Shown in pieces: positions 9,627 through 19,864 of a stretch of DNA of 64,000 nucleotides. Below the pieces are notes generated by a model. The model worked only from the letters and a program-made list of their open reading frames with translations, did not search any database and was not told the origin of the DNA. The translations under genes and the position numbers were made by a program. How positions within the stretch are numbered: the stretch's first letter is position 1; every line of letters starts with the position of its first letter. The DNA is taken from positions 2,240,001 through 2,304,000 of the forward strand of contig OY970296.1 in the NCBI GenBank assembly GCA_963716175.1, given 5' to 3'. Source of the DNA: an uncultured Armatimonadetes bacterium. Lineage in GTDB: Bacteria; Armatimonadota; Hebobacteria; Hebobacterales; Hebobacteraceae.

Positions 9627-11519
9627 TCAGATCGCCTTCAGCCTGCACTGCAGGGCCAGGTTCGCTGCCAGGCTGTCGTCGAGCGCGACGTCCCGGCAGA
9701 TGAACAGATCATCCCTCTCAAGATTGAGGCTTCGGATCGCCTCGGGGTCAAGCGTAGCATCCAGGCAGATACGGAAGCTCTGCTCCTTGTCTGGGTCGGT
9801 CACTCGCCAAAATGTGTTGCCAGAAGTATCCTCGACTCGCTCGACCTGGCAGTTCAGACCGAAGCCCTCTTTGACCGCGACCTCCCAGATCACCCGCTCA
9901 GGCATCCAGCCGTCCACCAGGGGGTCGGAGAGCATGCCCATCTGCGACGCGTAAGTCTCAGGTGCGTCGCCGGAGGGCGGCGTCCATTGTCGGAAGCTCG
10001 ACTCGGTCAGTCTGTAGACGCGGAATCCCAGATCCTCGGGACTCTCACGCTGGTCGAGGCTTTGCTGGCCACCGTCAGCGTTCTCAAACTTCCGGATCAC
10101 GCGTCGAATGCGCTCCCTGCCGATATCGGCGATGGTGCGCAGTTCGACTCCGTTGTCCAGTGGTTTCGGAGCATCGAGCGGCTCGGGTAACTGCACCATG
10201 ACGAAACGCCTGTCGCCACCGTCTTCGCGGTTCTGCTCAAGGACGGCCTGGGCCGTTGTGCAGGAGCCGGCAAAGAAATCGAGTACGACATCTCCGTGCT
10301 CAGCGTCCATCCCAATGTTAAGCAAGCGCTTCATGAGGGCGACCGGCTTCGGGAACTGCATCACGACCTGACCATCGAATAGGCTGGTCAGGTCGTCCGT
10401 CCCGTGCTGTGTGTATATGCCGTCGATTATGGAGAACGGCTTCATGCCACGTTTCTCCCCGCTCTCGTCTCTCAGGTACTGCTTGTACGACACAGTGACT
10501 GAGTCCCCGTCTCCAGTGAAGACGATCTCGTCGTTCGCCACAGCGCGCATCACGCGATCTTTGCCCCACCACCACTGACGCCTCGGCCAGACTTCACCGC
10601 CCTGCGGAAGCGGGATCGGGAACACCAGGTTGTCCCGCCTGTCCATGCTTTTCGTCGCCTCGAGCGGCTTCAAGCGGTACGGACCTCTGGTTTCGATCTT
10701 GCCATCTCGGTACTTGTAGTACCGCCGCTCCGTTTCAGGGTCGGGGGGCAGCCACAGATCCTCAAGGAGATCGCCTGCACGGGCATAGAGAAGGATGTAC
10801 TCGTGCTGGGTAACCGCGTACTTCTCTTTGGCACCGCCACCGTAGCTCTTCTTCCAGACGAAACACTCGATGCGGTTCTCCTCCCCGAACACCTCGTTCA
10901 TCAGCATGCGAAGATTGTGGACTTCGTTGTCGTCTACGGAGGCGAAGATCACGCCATCCTCGCAAAGCAACTGGCGCGCTAGGAAGAGCCGTGGGTACAT
11001 CATGGACAGCCATGCCGAGTGATAGCGGCCGCTCGTCTCTGGATTCGTGTTGAGGAGATTGCCTTCGGTATCCTTCTGGCCGGTGAGCTGAAGGTACCTG
11101 TCCAGCGGGTCGGCATAGTTATCGGGGTACACGAAGTCGTTGCCCGTGTTATACGGCGGGTCAATGTAGATCATCTTCACCCGCCCGAAGTAGGCCTTAT
11201 AGAGGAGCTTGAGCACCTCCAGGTTCTCGCCCTCGATGAACGCATGCTGCGTGTTCTCCCAGTTCGCCGACTCTTCGGGGCACGGATTCAGAGCGGCCCG
11301 GCTGGGGGTCTGGAGAGCGCGAATGGCGTCCTGCTTGCCCGCCCATGTGAAGGAGTAACGCTCGGGCCGTTCGTCCACGATCTCGCCGAGCGTGGCGCGC
11401 AGGCGGTCCCAATCCACTCGTCCCTCGGAGAAGGCATCGGGGAAGATAGCACTCAACCGCTCGATCTGGTCAGCGATCAGATCGGGCGAAGTCCTTGCGA
11501 CCTTCTCGGCTTTGCTCAT
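9627..11519 (-). CDS. mod: Type III RM adenine methyltransferase Mod subunit
   Basis: IEGENLEVLKLL, IYIDPPYNTG (motif IV), FPKP, VLDFFAGSCTTA (motif I); directly upstream of res. Confidence 0.96.
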   Translation of the reverse strand: MSKAEKVARTSPDLIADQIERLSAIFPDAFSEGRVDWDRLRATLGEIVDERPERYSFTWAGKQDAIRALQTPSRAALNPCPEESANWENTQHAFIEGENLEVLKLLYKAYFGRVKMIYIDPPYNTGNDFVYPDNYADPLDRYLQLTGQKDTEGNLLNTNPETSGRYHSAWLSMMYPRLFLARQLLCEDGVIFASVDDNEVHNLRMLMNEVFGEENRIECFVWKKSYGGGAKEKYAVTQHEYILLYARAGDLLEDLWLPPDPETERRYYKYRDGKIETRGPYRLKPLEATKSMDRRDNLVFPIPLPQGGEVWPRRQWWWGKDRVMRAVANDEIVFTGDGDSVTVSYKQYLRDESGEKRGMKPFSIIDGIYTQHGTDDLTSLFDGQVVMQFPKPVALMKRLLNIGMDAEHGDVVLDFFAGSCTTAQAVLEQNREDGGDRRFVMVQLPEPLDAPKPLDNGVELRTIADIGRERIRRVIRKFENADGGQQSLDQRESPEDLGFRVYRLTESSFRQWTPPSGDAPETYASQMGMLSDPLVDGWMPERVIWEVAVKEGFGLNCQVERVEDTSGNTFWRVTDPDKEQSFRICLDATLDPEAIRSLNLERDDLFICRDVALDDSLAANLALQCRLKAI

Positions 11520-11737
11520 GCTCGCCTCCTTCGTGCAGACTGCGCGGGCACGTTCGCCTGCGCAAGTTGCACCAGGAACGCTTCAAGGTCCTCGCGCCGG
11601 TAGAGTCGGTAGCGGTTCATCGGGTTGCGGATCGCGGTGAGTTTCCCGGCGCGATCCCACGCACGCAGAGTGCTGGTCGAAACTCCGAGCAACTCCGCCG
11701 CTTCATGAATCGTCAGGTAGTCCTGGATCGTGCGCAC
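11516..11737 (-). CDS. MerR/excisionase-type HTH protein heading the mod-res operon
   Basis: YLTIHEAAELLGVSTSTLRAWDRAGKL...NRYRLYRREDL; stop overlaps the mod start (ATGA); GTG start behind GGGAG. Confidence 0.88.
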   Translation of the reverse strand: MRTIQDYLTIHEAAELLGVSTSTLRAWDRAGKLTAIRNPMNRYRLYRREDLEAFLVQLAQANVPAQSARRRRA

Positions 11738-11767
11738 GATCTCCCTCACACCCCCTCGTAGCTTGGG

Positions 11768-11800
11768 TGACATTATGTGAGGTTGCACGCGCAATGTCAA
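11768..11800 (-). promoter_or_regulatory. Sigma70 promoter of the HTH-mod-res operon with overlapping inverted repeats
   Basis: Minus strand TTGACA-17 bp-CATAAT; inverted repeat TGACATT (11768-11774)/AATGTCA (11793-11799); TTGCacgcGCAA in the spacer. Confidence 0.75.
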
Positions 11801-11956
11801 ACGCTGCCAGCGAGGCGCCGGGTGGCCGCCGTGACCGGCCGGTCTCGGAACACGCGAGTCGCGGTCGGACGCGGGGCTCGGCGTATCAGAACCCGGTGAT
11901 CACAGTTGGCGCGCTCCATTAGCAGGACTGCCACTCATCCCGCCGAAGCGTCCTCG

Positions 11957-12004
11957 GCGACGGCCCCGCGGTTCCCTTAGCTCCGGCTGGCGGCGCTCGG
12001 GGGT
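11957..12004 (+). repeat. Dispersed hairpin repeat, copy 1 (very degenerate)
   Basis: GCGACGGCCCCG...CTCCGGCT...CTCGG matches the family's left end and core. Confidence 0.5.
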
Positions 12005-12036
12005 ACCCACGAGCTGAGGCAGGAGGGGGAGACAGA

Positions 12037-14454
12037 ATGGCTGTTGCCAAGCCACGCTCGTTTCCGCTGTACGATAGGGCCCGCCAGGCTGGTGTCCTGG
12101 ACGACGGCAGCGCTCTTATCGTTGCACCAACAGCGACGGGCAAGAGCTACATCGGCCGCATGATTCTTCGCCAAGCAGTGGGGAACCACGAGCCGGGCAC
12201 CCATGCCTATCTTGTCCCGTATCGCGCCCTGGCGGCCGAGATGTATGACTCCTTCCAGCATGAGTTAGCGGCTGACCAGCTGGAGGCTCGCGTACGGGTG
12301 GCGACAGGAGACTACACAGACCCCATCCAGCCTCAGGAGACCGATATCCTGATCGCCACCTACGAACGATTCGCGGCGCTGATGCGCATGCCAGAGCTAG
12401 CGCTTGGGCGGGTGGTGGTAGATGAGGTCCATTTGGTGGCCGATCAGACGCGCGGGCCGGTGCTGGAGGGGCTGCTGGCGCGCATGGAGAGCCACAAGCG
12501 GCCACGCTCGTTGTGCGCGCTTTCGGCGGTGGTAGCGAATCCGGAGGCGTTGGGCCAATGGCTAGGGGTGCCGGTGTTGCTCGGCACCGCGGAGGACCGC
12601 GCGGTGGCGGTGGACATGCACTGCGAGGAGACCGATGACCTGGATACCGCCCTAGGTCAGGAAGTGCAGTCTGTGCTGCAGCACGGAGATCAGGCCGTCA
12701 TCTTCTGTCACTCTAAGGCCTCGTCGCAGCGCCTGGCGCGTGACTTGCAGCAGGTCGTGGCAGGATACCTCACAGATGACGACAGAGGGGAACTGCGCGA
12801 TCTGGTGGCGCGGGTTTCCGAGGATGATGAAGACGCAAAAGACCTGCACGCATTGCTATCAGGTGGCGTCGCCTTCCACCATGCCGGACTCTCCCGCGAG
12901 TCACGTGCGGCGGTAGAGAGCGCCTTTCGCGAGCGACACCTCAAGGTGATCGCGTGCACGCCCACGCTCGCCGCAGGGGTGAATCTTCCAGCGCGCCTAG
13001 TGGTTGTGCGCGACGTGTTCCGCACAGAGTTCACCCGCGGTTTCCCGCAGGCGGTGATGCTGTCGACGGGGGAGCTGCTCAACATGCTGGGCCGAGCGGG
13101 ACGCCCAGGGCAGGTCGAGAGCGGACGCGGTGTGGCCCTCGTCAAGAACGGTGATCTGGAGAAGGACGAACTGCGGGAGCTTCAGGTGGCGATCCGGGAA
13201 GGCCGCGGCAATCCCGTGACGAGCCGTCTGCCAGACTCCTTCGACGCGCTGATGCGGTTCCTGCTCTCCGTGGCGGCCGACCGTGGCGAGGCAACGCTGG
13301 CGGACCTGGCGGCGGCGGTGAAGGGCACGCTCTGGTTCCGGGAAGACCCGGACGAGATCGTCTTCGACCGGCCCTTCGAGGCCGATATCATGGAGGACAT
13401 CGAGTCGTACGCTCGCGTCACGCCGGACATGCGCGTCGAACGAGCCTGGCCCGTAGCGGACGGAGTGGCGGGGTCCGTGGCCTCTGGCGACAAACTCTAC
13501 AACTTCAGCCTCCGTTTCAGCGGAGAGGACTGCACGTGCCCGGCGAAAGCCAAGTGGCAGCGGCGCAACATCTGCAAGCACCTCGCCTGCGCTATCCACA
13601 ACCTGCTGTTCGGCACCGGCGTCGATGCGGAAGTGCGCAGCCGCGCCATCTATGCCTCCGCGCACCGGTTCCGGCGGACGCTCAATCTGGGCACGAAGAT
13701 CCAGCAGGCAGTGCGACTGCTCGACGCATGGAAACTGCTTGAGCCCGTGCCGGGCGCCTACCAGGCAACGCCGGTCGGCGCGCTCGCGGCGAACTCGAGC
13801 CTCGACTTGCTTCTCATACGTGTCGCTGATGAACGCATCCGCGGGTGCCGCCGCGTGCCGACGCCGAAGGAGGTGGCAGGCTGGATCGTGGAGGATTACT
13901 TCGGCGATACTGCCAAACGCGAGCGTTGGGAGCGAGCAGTGGAGCCCTGGGTCGACGAGGTGGAGGAGCGGCGCATCAAGCTCCCCGAAAAGTACCGCGG
14001 CGACTTTGAGCGGGGTCTGGAGCAGCTCGGCCAAGTGGCCTCGCTCTATGGCGAGATCGCAGAGAGCCTGGGTAAGCCGGAGGTGGCCCAGGTGTGCCGG
14101 CTCACCCGCGGCTGTCTCCAGTATGGCGTGGCGCTAGAGCTGATCCCGCTGGCCGCGCTGCGCATCCCGCAACTCGGTCGCGCACGCTGCCGCTTCCTCT
14201 ACGACGACCGCGGCATTCGTGGCCTAGAGGAGCTGGCACACGCCGATCCGCAGGCGCTGGCGGGCCCGCGTGCCCCTGCCAGCATTGCGCAACAGTGGGT
14301 GGAGACGGCGCGAGGCATGTGGCAAGCGCGTGGGCATGTGCTCAGGCTGCCAGAGGAAGACCGGGCCAGGGGCATCGACGACTTCCTCTCGCAGTTCCAG
14401 GTCGATCAGCTCTCGCTCTTCGGCGAGAACGGCGTGATGGGTGAGGCGGCGTGA
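12037..14454 (+). CDS. Ski2/Hel308-like SF2 helicase with inserted SWIM zinc finger and C-terminal HhH
   Basis: APTATGKS, VVDEVH, ALSA, FHHAGL, TPTLAAGVNLP, MLGRAGRP; CTCP...CKHLAC (SWIM); RIPQLGRARCRFLY (HhH). Confidence 0.92.
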   Translation: MAVAKPRSFPLYDRARQAGVLDDGSALIVAPTATGKSYIGRMILRQAVGNHEPGTHAYLVPYRALAAEMYDSFQHELAADQLEARVRVATGDYTDPIQPQETDILIATYERFAALMRMPELALGRVVVDEVHLVADQTRGPVLEGLLARMESHKRPRSLCALSAVVANPEALGQWLGVPVLLGTAEDRAVAVDMHCEETDDLDTALGQEVQSVLQHGDQAVIFCHSKASSQRLARDLQQVVAGYLTDDDRGELRDLVARVSEDDEDAKDLHALLSGGVAFHHAGLSRESRAAVESAFRERHLKVIACTPTLAAGVNLPARLVVVRDVFRTEFTRGFPQAVMLSTGELLNMLGRAGRPGQVESGRGVALVKNGDLEKDELRELQVAIREGRGNPVTSRLPDSFDALMRFLLSVAADRGEATLADLAAAVKGTLWFREDPDEIVFDRPFEADIMEDIESYARVTPDMRVERAWPVADGVAGSVASGDKLYNFSLRFSGEDCTCPAKAKWQRRNICKHLACAIHNLLFGTGVDAEVRSRAIYASAHRFRRTLNLGTKIQQAVRLLDAWKLLEPVPGAYQATPVGALAANSSLDLLLIRVADERIRGCRRVPTPKEVAGWIVEDYFGDTAKRERWERAVEPWVDEVEERRIKLPEKYRGDFERGLEQLGQVASLYGEIAESLGKPEVAQVCRLTRGCLQYGVALELIPLAALRIPQLGRARCRFLYDDRGIRGLEELAHADPQALAGPRAPASIAQQWVETARGMWQARGHVLRLPEEDRARGIDDFLSQFQVDQLSLFGENGVMGEAA

Positions 14455-17275
14455 TGAACCTGACGGAGGCCCAGCAGAGGATCATCGGCATCTCAGCTCC
14501 GGCGCTGCAGATCCTCGCTTGTGCCGGCTCCGGGAAAACTGAAGTGCTGGCCCGGCGAACGGTGCGGTACCTCCTTGAAGGTACGCCTCCAGAGACCATC
14601 GTCGCCTTCACCTTCACCGAGAAGGCGGCGGGCGAACTCAAGGACCGCATCGAGCGCCGCGCCGCCGAAGCCGATGTCCGCTTCGCGGCGCTGCCGCCCT
14701 CGGCTTCGGGGATGTTCGTCGGGACTATCCACAGCTATTGCCTGCGAGTGCTCCAGCAGTATGGCGGCCACTACGAGGCCTACGAGCCGCTCACGGAAGA
14801 GCGGGAATGGGCGCTGCTGCATCGGTTCGCGCGGCGGCTGGGCATGGTCGATCTGATGGAGCAGGCCTGGCCGGGCGCGCCGGTCTCGGTGCGGCGGGCG
14901 GTGGAAGTGTTCCGGCGGAGCATGGCCGTCGTCTGCAATGAACGCATCTCACCCGAAGTCCTGGAACAGCGCGCACCAGGGCTCGCAGAGGTGATGCGTC
15001 GCTACCGCGAGCTGCTTTCCGGGATGCGACTTCTCTCCTTCGATGAGATGGTCGACTCGGCCTGCGAGGAGCTAAGGCCGGGGGAAGACTCAGGGCAGTG
15101 CTCGATGGGAAGCTGCGGGAGGTGCTGGTGGATGAGTACCAGGACTTGAACCGAGCGCAGGAGGAGCTGCTGCAGCGCTTCCTGGAGATGGGCGCGCGGC
15201 TGACTGTGGTCGGCGATGATGACCAGGCGATCTACCAGTGGCGCGGTGGAGATGTCTCGCTGTTCCTCCGGTTCGTCGAGCGCTACGATTCGGCCCAGCG
15301 GCATGAGCTAGCAGAAAACCATCGCAGCTTGCCTGCCATCGTGCACACCGCGGCCGGCTTCGCGGAGAGTATTCATGAGCGAGTATGCAAGGCGATGTCC
15401 CCGGCGCGTGCGGAGGAATGCCCTGCGGTGGAGATGATGGCGGCCGGCACCGTGGAGGCGGAAGCCGAAGCCCTAACGCGGCGCATCTGCACACTCATCC
15501 AGAACGGCCATCGACCTGCCGACATCGTTGCGCTCTTCCGCTCTGTGCGCACGTCCGCGCGGCCGTTCGTGGCGGCGCTAAGGCGAGCGGGTGTGAGGGT
15601 GGCGTTAGTCGGAAAGCTCTCGCTGCTGGATCGCCCTGAGATGGCGCTGCTCGCGCGTATCTTCGTGCTCTGGGTCGGCGGCACATGGTACCCCGACGAG
15701 GCGCAGGAGGTGGTCACGCCAGAGCGGCTCGCCAGGGACACTGCAGACCTCACCGGCGTCAGCGATGTGGACGCCACACGCATCGTCGGCAAGCTAGAGC
15801 GGATGGGCGAGGAGCTACGGGCGACCGAGGTTCGCGACCTGGTCGGCACGTACCTGACGATGCTCCAGCTCATCGGCCTTCCGATCGATGAACCAGAGCG
15901 CGCTCGACAGGAGCAGGGCCTGGGACGCCTCTCGGAGCTGCTGGCGGACTTCGAGCACGCGCAGCGCCGACTCATACCGGCGGGGCTGTTCGCACAACCT
16001 CAGCCGTCTGCGGCTGAGGAGACTGCTGAGGACAATCTGCTGCTGGCTGAGGCCGAGGCAGCACCGTCCATTCGTATGGAGCGGACGCGCGGCGAGGTGT
16101 TCCTCGTGCGCCTGCGAGTCTTCCTGGAGGAGTTCGCGGCGCAAGCAGCGGAAGAGGCGCCCGAGCGCCCGACGCTCGACGAAGGCGCGGTGAACGTAAT
16201 GACCGTTCACCAGTCCAAGGGACTGGAGTTCCCCATTGTCTTCGTCCCGTGCCTGGTGGAGCGGCGCTTCCCATCCGCCCGGATGGGGCAGGCGCAACGC
16301 TGGCACATACCCGACGACCTCTTCGACAGAGCGCGCTATGAGGGCCGCGAGGACGACGAGCGGCGCCTCCTCTACGTGGCTATGACTCGGGCCCAGGAGC
16401 TGCTGGTGCTGAGCTGGTTCACCCAGTACGCGAGCGGGCCGGCAACGCCCTCACGCTTCCTGCAGGATCTCATGCCTGCGCGACAGCACTTGGCGCATCC
16501 TGGCATGTGCACCCCAACTGTCCGTCCTGGCCCCGAGGGTGGCGAGGCCGTCATCGACACCGACTTCGCAGCCCTCCTTACCTTCAGCGAATGTCCCTAC
16601 CGATACCGTCTTCGCTATGTGTGCGGGTTCCAGCCGCCCATCGATCCAGCCCTGGGCTTCGGCCGTCTCTTGCATCACACAGTGGCCGAGCTTGCTCGCC
16701 TGGGGCAGCGCGGCCGCGCACCGACAACTGAGGATGTGGACGAGATCCTGCAGAGGTCGTTCTACCTGCCGTTCGCCGGGCTCGGCTCGCGGGAGCGCCT
16801 CTACCGGTCGGCCCGGCAACGCCTGAGGAAGTACGTCCGGAGATACGGCGAGGAACTCGTGCGCACAGCCGAGCCGGAGCGGCGCTTCGAGGTTCCATTG
16901 GAGGCCGCTCGTGTCCGCGGTCGCATCGATCTGGTCTTGAGCGCGGACGGGGGCAGTCGAGAGGTGGAGCTGATCGATTTCAAGACGGCCGTCAACCGTC
17001 CCCCAAGCGAGCATCACAAGAACCAGCTCCGCGTCTACGCGGCTGCGATGCGGACGCTGGGTTACCGGCCAGTGCGTCTCTGGATTCATGACCTTGACAG
17101 CGATGAAAGCCGGCGCGTGCTTGTCGAAGAAGACGAGAGGCAGGCCGCGCAATTCCGAGGCCTGATGCAGGGGTGGATCAACGGCGTCCGCGGGGGCCAG
17201 TTCCCCCGCGTCAAGGATCGGGCAGCTTGCAGGGGCTGCGACTTCACGCGCCTCTGCCCTCGACCGTTCGAGTAG
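14454..17275 (+). CDS. UvrD/Rep-like SF1 helicase fused to PD-(D/E)XK nuclease; single-base frameshift at the G-run 15080-15084
   Basis: ACAGSGKT, FTFTEKAA, GTIHS in the first frame; VDEYQD, VVGDDDQAIYQWRG, ENHRS, MTVHQSKGLEF, YVAMTRA, GRIDL...IDFKT and Cys motif CPY...CRGCDFTRLC in the second; one added G joins them (RPGGRLRAVLDGK). Confidence 0.9.
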
Positions 17276-17488
17276 CGCAGGCGGATCTGAGTGGCACGAG
17301 AGCCAGCGCTGGTGAACGCCGCCATGATGCTAGTTCCGCACCTCGCGAGAGAACTGGCGTTATGTGCCAGCCGCTAGTCCGCTCACGGGCGCCGTGGACA
17401 GGACCCCTGGTCGACGTAGCCGCACGCAGGAGCACGGCCTCACGGGGCGAACAGGAAATGCACTTATAGCATCTTCGGAGGGAATGGC

Positions 17489-18712
17489 ATGACGTCGCTC
17501 TGTTCGCGCAGCGCCCGAGTTGTCTGCATCGCGCTTGTTCTGACGCTACTTCTGACCGTGCTGGTTGTCGCTGCCCCGTTGCCAGACGGGGCGCGAGTCG
17601 TGTTTCTTGGCGACTCCATTACCGAGCAGCTGATCTACACGCGTTACGTCATGGACTACTTCGCCTTGCGCTACCCGGACCTGAAGATCACGTTTCGCAA
17701 TGCCGGCTGGAGCGGGGATACCGCGTCTGGCGGGCTGGAGAGGCTGCAGCGCGATGTGCTCAGCCTCGAGCCAACTGTCGTGACGATCTGCTTCGGCATG
17801 AACGACGGCGGCTACACCAGTTTCGAGCAGGACCGCTATGACCGATATCTCAAGGCCATGACCGGGCTGGTACAGACACTAAAGAGCAGAGGCGTTCGGG
17901 TGATCCTCCTCACGCCAGGTGTAGTGGATGAAGACATCGACAACAAAGGTTACAATGCGACGCTCGCCCGCTACGCGCAGGGCGTCATGGAGCTGGCCGG
18001 GCAGAACCAAGTGGCAGTCTTCGACATCAACGCCCTGATGGATGACGTGCAGGCGCAGGCGAAGCGCGACGATCCCAAGTTCACCATGATTCCCGATTCG
18101 GTACACCCGGACGCGCCGGGGCAGGCTCTGATGGCCTACGGGCTGCTCAGGGCGCTCGGCGCCGATCAGCCAGCTGCCAGCGCGAGCATCGACGCGGTCG
18201 CGAAGCGGGTGGCGGTCGACCGGGCGGTGGTGAAGGACCTGAAGGTCACTCCCCAGTCCATCACATTCACGCGCATTGACCGCTCCTTTCCCGCCTACTT
18301 CGATTCCGGGGCAGCCGCCGTGTTTCCGTATGCGCCGATCCAGCAGGATCTGAACCGGTATTGGTTCCAGGTGACCGGGCTGCAGCCTGGAAGCTGGAGG
18401 CTCACCGTGGAAGGTTTCGAGGTCGGCGTCTTCTCGGCCGAAGATCTGGCGAAAGGCGTAGAGCTAGGTTCCCGGCCCGGCCCCTGGAAGAGACTCGGGG
18501 AGCGAGTGGACGAGACGGTGGCCAGGCAGGAGTGGATCTACCGCGCACGCTGGAAACAGCTCGAAGTGTTGCTGCGCGTACCTAAGGAGGCTCAGCCGGA
18601 GAAGGTGGCCCTGGAGCGGAAGCTCGATCAGGCTCTGAGCCAACAGGAGGACGAGCGCGCGGGCTTGGTCGCGCCGCATCCCTGGCAATGGGGGCTCGCG
18701 CTCGTTCGATGA
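17489..18712 (+). CDS. Secreted SGNH/GDSL hydrolase
   Basis: Signal peptide; FLGDSIT, NAGWSG, FGMND, DSVHP blocks. Confidence 0.92.
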   Translation: MTSLCSRSARVVCIALVLTLLLTVLVVAAPLPDGARVVFLGDSITEQLIYTRYVMDYFALRYPDLKITFRNAGWSGDTASGGLERLQRDVLSLEPTVVTICFGMNDGGYTSFEQDRYDRYLKAMTGLVQTLKSRGVRVILLTPGVVDEDIDNKGYNATLARYAQGVMELAGQNQVAVFDINALMDDVQAQAKRDDPKFTMIPDSVHPDAPGQALMAYGLLRALGADQPAASASIDAVAKRVAVDRAVVKDLKVTPQSITFTRIDRSFPAYFDSGAAAVFPYAPIQQDLNRYWFQVTGLQPGSWRLTVEGFEVGVFSAEDLAKGVELGSRPGPWKRLGERVDETVARQEWIYRARWKQLEVLLRVPKEAQPEKVALERKLDQALSQQEDERAGLVAPHPWQWGLALVR

Positions 18713-18927
18713 CCGGATCGGCTGTGTGATCGCTCTGCGGTGACATTGCCCGCAACGTCTCCAGCAGGGCATACCCTCTTGCTTCAGATCACTGCCTCCT
18801 CTGGGGTGAGGCGTTGCCCAAGGAGACGGAGGGTGGCCGACCGAGTTGAGAGCAGGTGTTCGTCCCAGCGTCAGCACGTACAACGCGGCTTGGCAGTTGC
18901 ACTGTTGCACGACGTCCAAGCGCATCG

Positions 18928-18977
18928 CCGATGCCCCGGCCACCCTCCGACTCCGGCTACCCCCTCGGCTGGGAGTG
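18928..18977 (+). repeat. Dispersed hairpin repeat, copy 2 (core)
   Basis: CCCCGGCCACCCTCCGACTCCGGCTACCCCCTCGGCTGGGAGT. Confidence 0.85.
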
Positions 18978-19157
18978 GTGCGGACCGGATACACTTGCAA
19001 GAGCAGCAGGGAAGCCCTGGGCTCAGCAGAAGCGAAGCCCCCGTCTGGGCACGGGTGACCGCGGCGTGTGGTCTGCCTTGGCGCGGGATTCCAGCCCGGC
19101 ATCAGGAGGGGCTTCCTCCCAGCAATCAGTGCTCAGGAGAATGAGGAGGGTGTACAG

Positions 19158-19649
19158 ATGAAAGGGCTACGTTCGGTCGCGTTGGTGCTTGGGCTGGCCG
19201 CCGCTTTGGCGGCCCCGGCCCTGTCCGGTCAGCGGGGTGGTGGCGGCCGTCGGGGCGGAGGTGGTGGACAGGGCGACAGCATGAAGGCCCTGCTCGACCG
19301 CCTTGGGTTCACCGAGCAGGAGCTGGCCGCGGTGCAGAAGAGCATGGAGGCCAAGTCCAAGGCTCGTCAGACACTCGAGGACGAACTCGGTAAGCTGCGC
19401 GAGGTCGCCGGCAATGACAAGTCCACCGACCAGCAGCTGCGTGGGGCCATCGACAGCTACACCAAGGCCCTGGCGCGATACCGGGAGACAGTGCGGACCG
19501 AGGATCGCTCCCTCTCAGGCCGCCTCTCAGTAAGGAGCCGGGCGCGCTGCCTAGCAGCCGGGGCCCTTGACAACGGACTTGGCATGGGTGGTGGAGGGCG
19601 CGGCGGTGGAGGCGGAAGGCGTGAAGGTGGGGGCGGACGGCGGCCATAG
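19158..19649 (+). CDS. Secreted helical protein with Gly/Arg-rich ends
   Basis: GAGGAGG SD, signal peptide MKGLRSVALVLGLAAALAAPALS, coiled helical core. Confidence 0.75.
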   Translation: MKGLRSVALVLGLAAALAAPALSGQRGGGGRRGGGGGQGDSMKALLDRLGFTEQELAAVQKSMEAKSKARQTLEDELGKLREVAGNDKSTDQQLRGAIDSYTKALARYRETVRTEDRSLSGRLSVRSRARCLAAGALDNGLGMGGGGRGGGGGRREGGGGRRP

Positions 19650-19775
19650 CCCACTCCTCCAAGAGCCAGCCTGAAGGCGACTGCCGAGCCGACGGGGTGA
19701 ACGACTGGAGAGCTGTGGCAGCCGGTCGCGGGCGCCAGCGGTTCTGCCCCCAGTGCCCGGTTGCACCTGTCGGCC

Positions 19776-19855
19776 GCCCGTGAAGCCGGTCCCGGCCGCC
19801 CCCAACTCCGGTTACCCCCTCGGCTTGGAGTCGTTGACTCCGGGTTTCGTCGCGG
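19776..19855 (+). repeat. Dispersed hairpin repeat, copy 3
   Basis: CCCGGCC...AACTCCGGTTACCCCCTCGGCTTGGAGTC...CCGGGTTTCGTCGC; shares the left flank GCCCGTGAAGCCGG with copy 5. Confidence 0.85.
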
Positions 19856-19864
19856 ATGCGTCCG

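Noticed and set aside
9627-11519. Phase-variable mod (phasevarion)
   Set aside because: No simple-sequence repeat tract is visible in the gene or its promoter.
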